Assembly (NCBI RefSeq): GCF_036971445.1
Contig: NC_091477.1
Location: forward strand, 113,584,001-113,648,000
Length of the DNA stretch: 64,000 bases
From: Narcine bancroftii
Taxonomy: Eukaryota
Reading direction: 5' to 3'
Positions 1 to 9,969 of the stretch are shown in pieces. Numbering within the stretch: position 1 is the stretch's first letter; each line of letters starts with the position of its first letter. A program made the position numbers and the translations under genes. The notes beneath the pieces are model-generated. The model was given only the letters and a program-made list of their open reading frames with translations, had not been told where the DNA came from and made no database searches.

Positions 1-506
1 ATGTCGGAGCCACTGCTGTCTGGAAGAGAGCTTGAGGCTCATGTGATTTTTGCAAGCAGAGAGAGTCAGACAGGCTTTCTCTCAGAGAGAGAGAGAGAAA
101 TACAGAGATCACTTGTACAGTGTTACAGCCAGCAGACAGCAGCTGGGACTGGAACAGGACAAGCTGGCAAACTTATGGAAATCTCATTTTTGGAAGATGG
201 CTGGTCAAAGTCCTGTGGTTCATGCAAGAGGAGAGGACTGGCTGTCTAATGTTTCATTTGGAATAAGGGAAACAAAAAGGAACTCTGTGGTGACCTGAAA
301 TAAAGAGGTTATCATCTGGAGAACCTTGATGGGGCAAATTTACACACACATTACATACACGTGCACTTAGTATTAGAAGGGGGTTAAGTAAGTCAAGCGA
401 GATGAGTTAAAGTTTGATTCTGTTTTCATGTTTAAAGATAATTAAAAGCAACTTTTGTTTAAGAAATCATTGCTGCTGGGTGTTAGGGTCCTCTGGGCTC
501 ATAACA
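1..506 (+). mobile_element. Solo LTR-like element, 3' part (family also at 14559-15535 and 57787-58746)
   Basis: 40-300 closely matches 58005-58258; 340-506 matches 15360-15535 and 58621-58746; ends ...GGGCTCATAACA (CA terminus) and abuts an L1-type ORF2 relic. Confidence 0.65.
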
Positions 507-1570
507 CTACCTTTTTGGTATCTTTCATAATCAAAGTTTTGCAATAGCATTATTTTACTTTTGTTCATATTTATTTTATATCCTGATATTCTTCCATATT
601 TTCCTAATATTGTTTGTAATCTTATCAATGATTCACGTGGGTCAGACGTGTATAATAGCACGTCATCAACAAATTAACAAATTTTATGTTTTTCCTGCCC
701 AACCTTGAAACCCTTAATATCTGGTTTTCTTCTTATAATCTCCACCAGAGGTTAAATAGCTGGTATGAATAATGCTGGAGGTAGGGAAAAATAGATGGCA
801 TTTAGTTATTAGTTATCATTTTAGTTATTGGCTTATGATAAAAGGTTTTTATCCAATTTATACATTTTCTACCTATACCAATTTTTTCCAATGTTTTATG
901 TAAAAAAGACCATTCTAGTCAGTCAAATTCCTTTTCTGCATCTAAAGAAGTAGTTATGTTTGGATTCAACCTTGATTTTGCCATATGTATTATATTGAAT
1001 AATCTACCTTGAAGAATGACTTCCTTTAACAAATCCCACCTGATCTGGATGTATTAATTTTGGTAAATATTCAATCTGTTGGTTAGTGCCTTTGTTAGAA
1101 CTTTATAATCTGCATTCAGGAGTGATATTAGTCCGTATGATGAGGTTTTTAATGGGTCTCTACCATTCTTCAGTAGCACTGTAATTATAGCAGTTGAAGA
1201 AGTTTCCGGGAGGATTTGGGTCTCCACCGGCTGGTCTCACACATTCTCACAGAGGCATCAACATATCTTTAAATTCTCTATAGAACTCAGGAGGGAGCCC
1301 AGGGACTTATTAGCTTGTAAAGTACCCAGAGCTTTCTCTATTTCTTCCCTTGCATCTAAGTCATCTTTTTCTCTCTCTTCTTTGAGTAAGTCTTCTCATT
1401 ATTCTTATTGAAAAATTGCTGGTTCCCTTCCACTACTCCAAGCGTCAAAGTCATGGGGTATATCATTATGTATTTCAAGTTTTTAACATATAGTTGTCTT
1501 TTCACATCTTCAAATTTTTTTCTTTATTTAATCAAGATCAGGCTAAAATCTTGAAAAAAAATTAGTACCT

Positions 1571-1919
1571 TGTAGCGGCTACTATGGTAGAGCTACTAAA
1601 GTAATACAAAAAACATGCCAGACTAGTCAACTGAAGACAGATTTATTCAGGGTTTACAGGCTTCTTTTATATACTGCATATCCCGGGCTCCACAGACAAG
1701 GTGGGACGTCACTATGAGATTGCTGTCGATCCACGGGACCTGCAGGTTTAAATTAAGCCTTGTAAGTGCCCTGCACCTTCCGGCGGGAGACTCAATAGCT
1801 CAACGTGCTGTTCATTAGGTGAGTATGCTGCAGTACGTATTATGGTTCTGCGCGCCCACAAAACCACGCCGGCCACAGTTCGCGTTGCCCCACTGTGTGC
1901 CCGCTACACGGGTGCTACA
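1571..1919 (-). mobile_element. Solo LTR (349 bp) inserted in the L1 relic
   Basis: Termini TGTAGC...GCTACA; perfect 4-bp TSD ACCT (1567-1570, 1920-1923); TTTATT at ~1642 is AATAAA on the minus strand. Confidence 0.85.
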
Positions 1920-2304
1920 ACCTTTTCATAATCAACCTTGGTCGGGCCATTATTCTGCTTAGAGTAATCATATTCTGCTCCCAGAATTATCTCTGGTTCT
2001 CGGTAGCTTAAAAGGCTCACCAGGACTGGCCAAGTTTTGGTGAGCTCTCTCGATATGCAGTTTTTCTCCAAATTTGTCCTCTCCCAGTACTTGTGGGATC
2101 CATTTTTGAAAAAAAAAGTTCATGGTCCCTTCTCTCAATTCCTTCATTTGTCCAATAATTCAGACATTATTTTGTCAACTAAATTTTGTCCAACAGTCCT
2201 TGTTTATCTAACTCCCATTCTTTGGCTTATGTTTCCAAAATCTTGAGTTTTTCATGCATTTTTGACAATTCAAATTCTGCTTGACCCAATCTCCATCAGA
2301 GCTT

Positions 2305-2473
2305 CAATAATCTCTTTTATTTCAGTCATTTTCTCTGTCATATCTCTCATCAACCTGTGAATCGGTTACTCAAATTCTCCATCTTTTCACAATAATCTCT
2401 TTTATTTCAGTCATTTTCTCTGTCATATCTCTCATCAACCTGTGAATCGGTTACTCAAATTCTCCATCTTTTC
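2305..2473. repeat. Tandem duplication, 85-bp period x2
   Basis: CAATAATCTCTTTTATTTCAGTC...CTCCATCTTTTC starts at 2305 and again at 2390. Confidence 0.9.
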
Positions 2474-3169
2474 CAGGATGGTGCTCAATTCTTGAGTGGT
2501 CCCCATTTTTGCACCACTCCCTTTCAGACTTTCACCCGATGTTCCTGGTTGAATAGGAACTTCTTCATTCTTTGTTTTTGGCTGTCTTGGCTCTTTGTGC
2601 TAGTTCTATCCATTTTTAATGAAGAAAATCTTGATTTTCAAATTTTTTTCTGTCTAGTACTCTTTACAGCTCAACCAAAACATGTCTATCTAAGTCCTTC
2701 GCATGGCCACAACCCCCTCATTGTGCTATTCTTGATTTAAGGACATCTCAGCATGTTTTTTTTAGCTGATTAATACTTTTTAAAGTATGGATATTAAGAA
2801 TGTTGATGATATCTGACAAATATCATTGGAACTTAGCAATGACTGAATACTTTATTAGCTTTGTTTGGTAAATCTATGCAATGAATTGCTGTTCATTGTA
2901 CACTCATGATGTTGCTTTGATTCAACTTTGGTTTAATTTCTCGTCTGAAATCTGTATCATCAATGACAATTGTTGCCCTTCAGTGTTTTCCCAAAATATC
3001 AGCCTAATTATTTATCCAAGTTCAGATTTGACTCAATCATGTGGCTCGGGCAAAACTCTAGGCGACAAAAAGCTACGCTTCTGATTTTCGGAAGAATATT
3101 TGCCAAAAGACTGAAAGCTCTCCCTTATCTTTTAATTATGTTAAGAGATAATTTATGTCCACTATAAGC

Positions 3170-3320
3170 ACTTATGGAATGGCATTCCCACATGAATGCA
3201 TTCACATCTTTGGAATCTAGGTGGAAACTGGAGTGCTTGGAGAAAACCGAGGTGGCCACAGGGAAACCATGCAAAGCCCACAAAGCAGCAGAGGATTGAA
3301 TTTATGTTACTGTAGCCAAG
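3170..3320 (-). mobile_element. V-SINE-like fragment
   Basis: Reverse complement of the conserved V-SINE core (GGAAACTGGAG...GAAAACCGAGGTGGCCACAGGGAAACCATGCAAA). Confidence 0.55.
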
Positions 3321-3339
3321 AGAGAGCAGCTCTACCAGT

Positions 3340-3780
3340 TCAGATTTTTCAGATGTCAGAGGAGTACATAGATGACATTGCATAAAACCCTGAGATTGTT
3401 TTGCACTTATTGGTAGGGCAAAGAAGCACACATGTAAACAACTGACTATGTAATATAGAGGGAAAAATAAAAAAAACAAGTAAGTACAAAAGTAAGAGTC
3501 CTTAAATGAGTCTTGGATTGAGCTTGTTTTTGAGCCTGATGGTGGAGGGGTGACAGCTGTTGCTGGACCTGGTGGTGGGTCTTGCATCTAACCCAACCTA
3601 CACCTCTTATGGTAGCAGTGAGAACAGATCGTGTGTTGGGTTGTGTGTATCCTTGATGATGCTCCTCTCCAATGGCAGCGATCCCCGTAGATGTTCTCGA
3701 AGGTGGAAAGGGGGTTTCCCTGTGATACCCTGGGCTGTGTCCACTACCTTTCACAGACCCTTCTCCAAAAAGGAAAACCT
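3340..3780 (-). mobile_element. Rex1/Babar-like LINE 3' fragment
   Basis: Minus strand encodes a degenerate ..IIKDT..P...LLP.. C-terminal motif, followed by the family 3' UTR. Confidence 0.55.
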
Positions 3781-3854
3781 TAACCATGTACTCTTGACAT
3801 TTAATGGAGTAACCATTGCCAATTATCCAGTATCATTACCAAAAACTGGACATA

Positions 3855-4270
3855 ACATGAAAATGCTGGAGAAACTCAGCAAGTCATGCAGCATTCCTTA
3901 TGTAGCAAAAATAAAAATACATAACCAACATTTCACACCTGAGCCTTTCACCAAGGCACGAGCTAAAAGTAGGCAGGCAGGTGAAAGAGGGGAGGAGCAC
4001 AGGGCCACAGGCAAGAGGTCATTGGATATAGGTGGGGGTGCACAAGAGAAAAACTGCTGAGAAGTGATGGGGAGGGGATAGCTTTCTGAATGAAGAGGGT
4101 GGTTGGATCTGGTGGTGGGGGAATAGTGGGATAGGAAAGTTGGAGGGATAAGAAAGTCAGGGAGGAGGTGGAGGGTTGGGGAAGCCAGAAGGTGGAGGTG
4201 GCATTTGTGGGGGGTCGTAGAGGAGTTGGGGGTAGATGAGAGGGGTCTAAGGGCTAGCTGGTGGAGAGAT
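3855..4270 (-). mobile_element. Penelope-like element terminal region
   Basis: TGCTGGAGAAACTCAGC motif and purine-rich tract shared with the Penelope relic at 51055-51385 and other copies. Confidence 0.55.
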
Positions 4271-4495
4271 ACATGGGGCTGGGGTGGAAAGAAAGGGGGA
4301 GCTTTACGTAATGTAACATGGACATAATATGCTTTACTTTTCATGGAACTTATGTTAGAGGCTGGATATACTATAATGAGTGATTTGCCACCTGATACCC
4401 AAAAGACTTCCCACCATCTTCAAGGTACATTTCAGGAGTCTAACCCTAATACTGTCTATTTTCCTAGATGAGTACAGCTCAAAGAAGTTCTATAA

Positions 4496-4856
4496 CAGGG
4501 GTGGGCAACCTTTTTTTTAAAAAAATTACTTTCCACCTTAAGCAATCCCTATGCCATAAGTGCTCTAATTAGTAAGGGATTGCTTAAGGTGGTATGTGAG
4601 TGGAAAGAAAAAGGTTTGAAAACCATTGTTTTAATTCTACCTAATTGATTCATTTTGTGCACGGTTTCATAACTCCAGAGGAAATGGGCCAATGACAACT
4701 TTTCTCAAGCAAAATATTTCAGTAACAATTTGATCTAGATCCTTCCCTTCCCACTCACAGACCATCTTAAGCAACCCCTTAATAACACAGAGCACTTATG
4801 GCGTAGGAAATACTTAAGGTGGAATGTGAGTTTAAAAAAAAGTTTGCCCACCCCTG
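4496..4856. mobile_element. hAT (Charlie-like) MITE
   Basis: TIR CAGGGGTGGGCAA / TTGCCCACCCCTG; 8-bp TSD TTCTATAA / CTCTATAA with central TA; long internal inverted arms. Confidence 0.85.
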
Positions 4857-4940
4857 CTCTATAACATCAAGAACAAAGTGACCCTCTTGGCTATCAACTT
4901 TTAAAATACTGTTACACAGTAATTTCCTTGGCTGACACAC

Positions 4941-5148
4941 TGCAGTGAACTGGGATTCACTGGTAGGGTGTTGTGCTGGTGGTTGTCCCTGCCTCCTGGC
5001 TCCGCCCCCATCTGGTCACATATAACCCTGGTTTCCCGCCTAAACCCAGAACCCTGCTGAAGACTATTGTGAAACCTTGCCCTTAGTTATAAGCTAATAA
5101 AAAACATTTGTTCTCCCTCCAGTTGTGAGAGCTTTTATTCACGCTACA
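4941..5148 (+). mobile_element. Short solo LTR (~208 bp)
   Basis: TG...CA termini (TGCAGTGAA / CACGCTACA); flanked by CACAC on both sides; GC box, TATAA and GCTAATAAAA in order. Confidence 0.7.
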
Positions 5149-5199
5149 CACACACACAGAGGATGCAATGTGTACTATCCACTTGGCAGTACTTCAGTG

Positions 5200-5613
5200 T
5201 TTGCATCTGGACCCTAAGTATTAAACAATGGAAAGAATATTTTGCACACTTTAATCTTTTGGAGGTGTGGTTTTACAATCTTAGGAGGCGAAGGGACATA
5301 ACACCTTATTAAAAATCTGGCAGCCCTATTTAGAATATATAGGTACCCCACTGATGCCACCATAGGATTATGACCGCTACTGACTAGCCAGCAGTCCTCT
5401 ATAAAAATTTTAACATTGTGACCCCATCATGTCTGTGTTTTAATGAATGCACTGATGATGGGATTTTTGTTTCTTTTTTTCCCTTTTCATTGTTTAATTG
5501 GACTTATACAGAGGGGAGCACGTGAAGGGATGAGTTTTCTTGACGTTTTGTATTTTGTATGGTTGTTGATCATTAAATATATTTAAAATGGTAAATAAAA
5601 TATTACAAAAAAA
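5200..5613 (+). mobile_element. L1-clade LINE 3' end
   Basis: Peptide ..KIWQPYLEYI typical of the L1/Tx1 ORF2 C-terminus, then UTR, AATAAA and an A-rich tail. Confidence 0.55.
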
Positions 5614-6244
5614 GAGGCAAGTTGGTGTAAAAAAATATATACTGAAATACCTGCCTAATGCTGATGTTCTGTTATTTGCCCAAAGGAAAGTGTGTGATAT
5701 TACAAACAGGATCATTCTGCCTTCTGAACAATGCCATAGCTGCTGAGATAAATTCAGCCTGTGTTAGCTAATAAATTGAGCCCAGGTATGGATTCAGGCA
5801 AAATGAGCTACTGCACTCATTGTTCTGTTAAATCATAGCTGTCGTTTTCATCTACAGTTATTCAGATCACAAACTCAAATTAAATACAGTACTGCTGGAA
5901 TAACTTTTACTCCTAGAAGGTGTGCACATGGGATTTCATATTCAGCTTTGTAAAGTCTGACGTTAATGCAATCTCATGGATGCTTTATTGAGCATTTGTG
6001 CCTCCCGAAGTGTTTTATAGTTCTTGGTTTTCTTTCTTTCACTATAGTCAAATCATTTAGATGACATCCAGATTTGGGTTAGGCTATAAAATAAGTACAA
6101 GTTTGTATGCATTATACATCTATAGTTCAAACATCCCTTTGTGTTTTCAAAGGGAAAATACAACATTGCATGATAAGAGCAGTGTATATAACGTTTCTCA
6201 CATTGAGATGACATTGTGCAATTTCAGAACAATTTCATAGCCTT

Positions 6245-6903
6245 ACCTTCTTCAGTCTTCTTAAATTTATCCTGGACCTTATCCACCACTTTCAGACATT
6301 TTGCCGGATCCAATTTAATAGAAGATAATTCCCCCTTCATATCAGCATGCTTTTCCTTCACAGATGAAAACCCTTGACCCATCTGAATTGCCAAATTCTC
6401 CATCTGCTTAGACAAGTCAATAGGTAAAGTTGAATCAGAATGATGAGGATCAGACTTAAACTTTAAAGCCTGCTTAACCATAGGCCTACCCTTGTATCTT
6501 AACAGTTTCCTCCTCCTCCTGCTTAACCATAGGCCTACCCTTGTATCTAACAGCTTCCTCCTCCTCCTGCTTAACCATAGGCCTACCCTTGTATCTAACA
6601 GCTTCCTCCTCCTCCTCCTGCTTAACCATAGGCCTACCCTTGTATCTAACAGCTTCCTCCTCCTCCTCCATACCTTGATCTTCTTCTTCCAGTCCTCTTG
6701 TGTCAGCTTCCTTCTCCTCCGTTGATACTGAAGTCGCTTCAGCCCAATTACGGGTCCAAACCCTCCCCTCCTGTCAGTCCAGGATCGCTGGACCGAGAGA
6801 AGTCGGGTCCCCCTGCAGCCTGGGCTAACCCGACATAATGTGCATGTGCGAAACCTTGTGCATGCGCAATTGTTCTTCTTGGTCCGGAGGGGGACGACGT
6901 CAG
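6245..6903 (-). mobile_element. L1/Tx1-type LINE ORF1 region, downstream of the Gypsy insertion
   Basis: Coiled-coil-like peptide (MENLAIQMGQGFSSVKEKHADMKGELSSIKLD...) collinear with 13306-13629 once the Gypsy is removed. Confidence 0.6.
6469..6669. repeat. Minisatellite, ~48-51 bp x4
   Basis: Unit CCTGCTTAACCATAGGCCTACCCTTGTATCTAACAGCTT(CCT)n; reads (E)nAVRYKGRPMVKQ on the minus strand. Confidence 0.95.
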
Positions 6904-7124
6904 TGTGGTGAAGGTCTGCCAAGCTGCCTGTCTCCCCCCCTCTGGCGAGCCTTGCTGTACTAACATTGGCTGTGCGTTATCTCTACTGTTAAGGACACTC
7001 CCCTTGGATATAACTGTATATGCACATATTGTCTTTCATTATTGTACCATGAGTTTCTGCTAATAAAAGCCATGATTATTGTTCGACCACATCGTCTTTG
7101 TCCACTTCATCAACTGGCACTTCA
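6904..7124 (+). repeat. 5' LTR of the Gypsy element
   Basis: TGTGGTG...CACTTCA; TATAA at 7009; AATAAA at 7062; direct repeat of 13093-13305. Confidence 0.95.
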
Positions 7125-7139
7125 ATTTTATTAGCAGAA

Positions 7140-7949
7140 ATGGATGCAGCTCTCAAGCCAGAGCGGTTTATAATCGACCAGTTTGCCCCGAGGGCCAGAG
7201 AAATTTTCAACCACTGGATTGCTTGTTTCGATTACTACATGGCTCGAAACAACGTGGTCAATGAAGCGATACAGTGGGGCAACCTGGAACCTCTGCTGGG
7301 TGAGGTCCCTTTCACCGTAACGCAAGGAGCTACCACTCTGGCTATAGCCCGGGAACGTCTGCCTGCTTACTATGCAGTGCCACGGAATGTGGTGCTTGCT
7401 CGACACCAGTTGTTGACTAGACGCCAGAAACCCGGGGAAAGTGATGCTGCCTATGCACTGGCCCACGACTCGCTGGCAAATGAATGTGATGTCAGGGCAG
7501 TCAATCTGCAACAACACCACAATGCCTTGAAGCTGGATGCTTTAGTTAACGGGATTGACTCCAGTTACATCTGACAGAGGCTGCTGGAGACAGAGCCCTT
7601 AAACTACGACCAGGCAGTCACTCTAGCCAAAACACTGAGAAGTGCCATGTGGTCCAGTGAAATGCTAGAAACCGAAAAGGAAACATCCAGGAGCGCTGGA
7701 ACCCCGAAGGAAAGAAAAGGGCAAACTCTTGAAAAATGCTACTTCTGTGATAAGAGCTGGCACCCCAGACAGAAGTGCTCGGCTCGATTTGCTACCTGTA
7801 GCTACTGTGGGAAACTCGACCACTTCGCTAAAGCGTGTAAGGCAAAAGGTACTCCCACTGATAAGAAGGAGAAGAGAAGCACCAAGAAAATGCATCCTGG
7901 AGCACCAGGAATGGAAGACAACTGTGAAAAGAGGAAAATCTTTAGATGA
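7140..7949 (+). pseudogene. gag: Gypsy gag with one in-frame stop (TGA 7572-7574)
   Basis: ATG at 7140; ARHQLLTRRQKPGES motif; tandem knuckles CYFC...HPRQKC and CSYCGKLDHFAKAC; ORFs 7098-7574 and 7647-7949 share one frame. Confidence 0.9.
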
Positions 7950-8039
7950 GCAGGCTGAATCGACTTCAAGTGACGGCGAGGTGAGATCCCATGATAGTTC
8001 AATTGACTGTCAAGCTTGGGGAATGTTACGGACTGGAAT

Positions 8040-9969
8040 GGTCGACTATGAAGGGGGAGGTGAATGGTGAGACTCTTGATTGTCTAATAGACTCAGGGAG
8101 TGCTGACAGCTACATCCACGAGAGAGTTGCCAGAACCATAAATTTGTGGAGATTTCCAGCGAACCAAAAGATATTGATGGCTTGTAGTGAACTTACAAAA
8201 ACTGTACGGGACAAGTGTAAAGTTACTTTAAATTTGCAGGGACATTGCCTTGCTGATGTGTGGCTCTTTATTATGCCGGAGCTCTGCGCCACCGTGTTTC
8301 TGGGGTTAGATATTCAATCTCAGATGAACAGTGCAGTGTTAAATTTCACTACCCACACTTACCATCCCCCGCATTAGTTACTGCGGTCTGTCCGCATTAA
8401 AGATCAAAGCTTCTCTTTTCAGTGATTTATCCCCTGAGTGTCAGCTGATGGCCACTAAGAGCCGTTCTTACAGCAAAGAGGATTGTGAGTTTATCAAAGC
8501 GGAGACCCAGAGACTGCTTAAAGAGGGAGTAATTGAACCTAGTAAGAGTCCGTAGTTGGCCCAAGTGATAGTCGTGAAAAATCACACTAAGAGACGACTG
8601 GCTATTGACTATAGCCAGACAATCAACCGTTACACTAACCTGGATGCCTACCCCCTGCCACGCATCAATGAAATGATTAATCAGATAGCGCAATACAAAG
8701 TTTACTCCACTATCGATCTCAAAGCAGCTTATCACCAAATCCCCATTAAGAAAAGGGAATGGCCCTATACGGCTTTTGAGGCTGATGAGGGGTTATACCA
8801 GTTTAAAAGGGTACCTTTTGGGGTCACTAATGGTGTGTCCGTGTTTCAGAGGGAAATGGTTAAGATCGTTAGGATGTTTGAGTTACAGGGTACGTTCCCC
8901 TATCTGGATAATGTCACTCTCTATGGGAAAACACAGGCTGAGCATGACAACAACTTAAAGAAAATTTTAGCAACAGCTAAAGAACTCAACCTTATATTTA
9001 ACGAGGGCGAATGTGACAGAGCTACCCATTCTGGGCTACATTGTCCGCAAGGGCGAAATCCGCCCCGACCCGGAAAGAATGGCCCCCCCCTTAAGAAGTT
9101 ACCACCCCCAGACTCAGCAAAAGCCCTTATGGGTTCGGGACTACGCCACGAAGGCACACCCTCTGTTTGACACAAAATATTTTCCTCTCTCTCCAATGGC
9201 TTTGAAGACTTGAGAGAGAATTAAAGCTGATATTGCCAAAGCTGCACTCTCGTCCATTGACGAGGATGTCCCATTCCAAGTGGAAACTGATGCTTCAGAT
9301 TGTGCCTTGGCAGGAACCCTTAATCAAAAGGGCAGACCTGTGGCATTTTTCTCCCACATGTTACGCGGACCTGAACTTAAAAAAACTGCCATTGATAAAG
9401 AAGCCCAGGCTATTATTGAAGCTGTTTGCTACTGGAGACACTTGCGAGCCGGCAGAAAATTTACTCTTGTCACTGATCAGAAATCTGTAGCCTCCATGTT
9501 CAGTACTAAACACAAAAGTAAAATCAAGAACGATAAGATGGCACGTTGGCAAATAGAGCTCTCAACTTATAATTATGCGATCCAGTCCAGACCGGGCAGG
9601 TTAAATGATCCCTCTGACGCATTATCACGATCTGCTGCTGGTGCTCAGCTGGAGGGGCTAAGAGAGATCCATAGCAGACTGTGCCACTCAGGAGTCACGC
9701 AGTTCTTCCACTACATAAGGGCTTACAACCTGCCTTACTCTCTGGAAGAAGTCAGGAAACTGACTAAAAGCTGTCCCATTTGCGCAGAATGCAAACCGCA
9801 ATACTTCAAAGCTCCGGAGGCCACTCTCATCAAGGCAGCCTGACCTTTTGAGAGGATTAGCTTAGATTTTAAAGGACCGTTACCTTCCAACAACAAAAAT
9901 GTATATTTCCTTACTGTAATTGATAAATATTCCAGGTTTCCCTTTGTGATACCCTGCCCTGTCATCTCA
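8040..9969 (+). pseudogene. pol: Gypsy pol: protease, RT, RNase H, integrase N-terminal part (stops and frameshifts)
   Basis: LIDSGS (PR); YPLPRI, IDLKAAYHQI, PFGVTNG, YLDN (RT); ETDASD, PVAFFS, LVTDQK (RH); H..LCH...CPIC and SLDFKGP (IN). Confidence 0.93.

Larger units (their letters stand above)
507..2740 (-). mobile_element. Decayed L1/Tx1-clade LINE fragment (ORF2 RT region plus upstream parts)
   Basis: Minus-strand peptides DDVLLYTSDPRESL..LGKYGRISGYKINMNKS, SLDAEKEFD.LEW, SSYRLISLLNADYK and HPDQVGFVKG resemble L1-clade RT; many stops and deletions; left part better supported than 1920-2740. Confidence 0.75.

Noticed and set aside
6469-6669. CRISPR-like array
   Set aside because: Units are contiguous with no unique spacers, there are no cas genes, and the context is vertebrate; the same applies to 13743-13959.
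6224-6922. 232-aa Arg-rich ORF as a novel gene
   Set aside because: Starts inside the Gypsy LTR and reads a minisatellite out of frame before joining an L1-type ORF1 relic.
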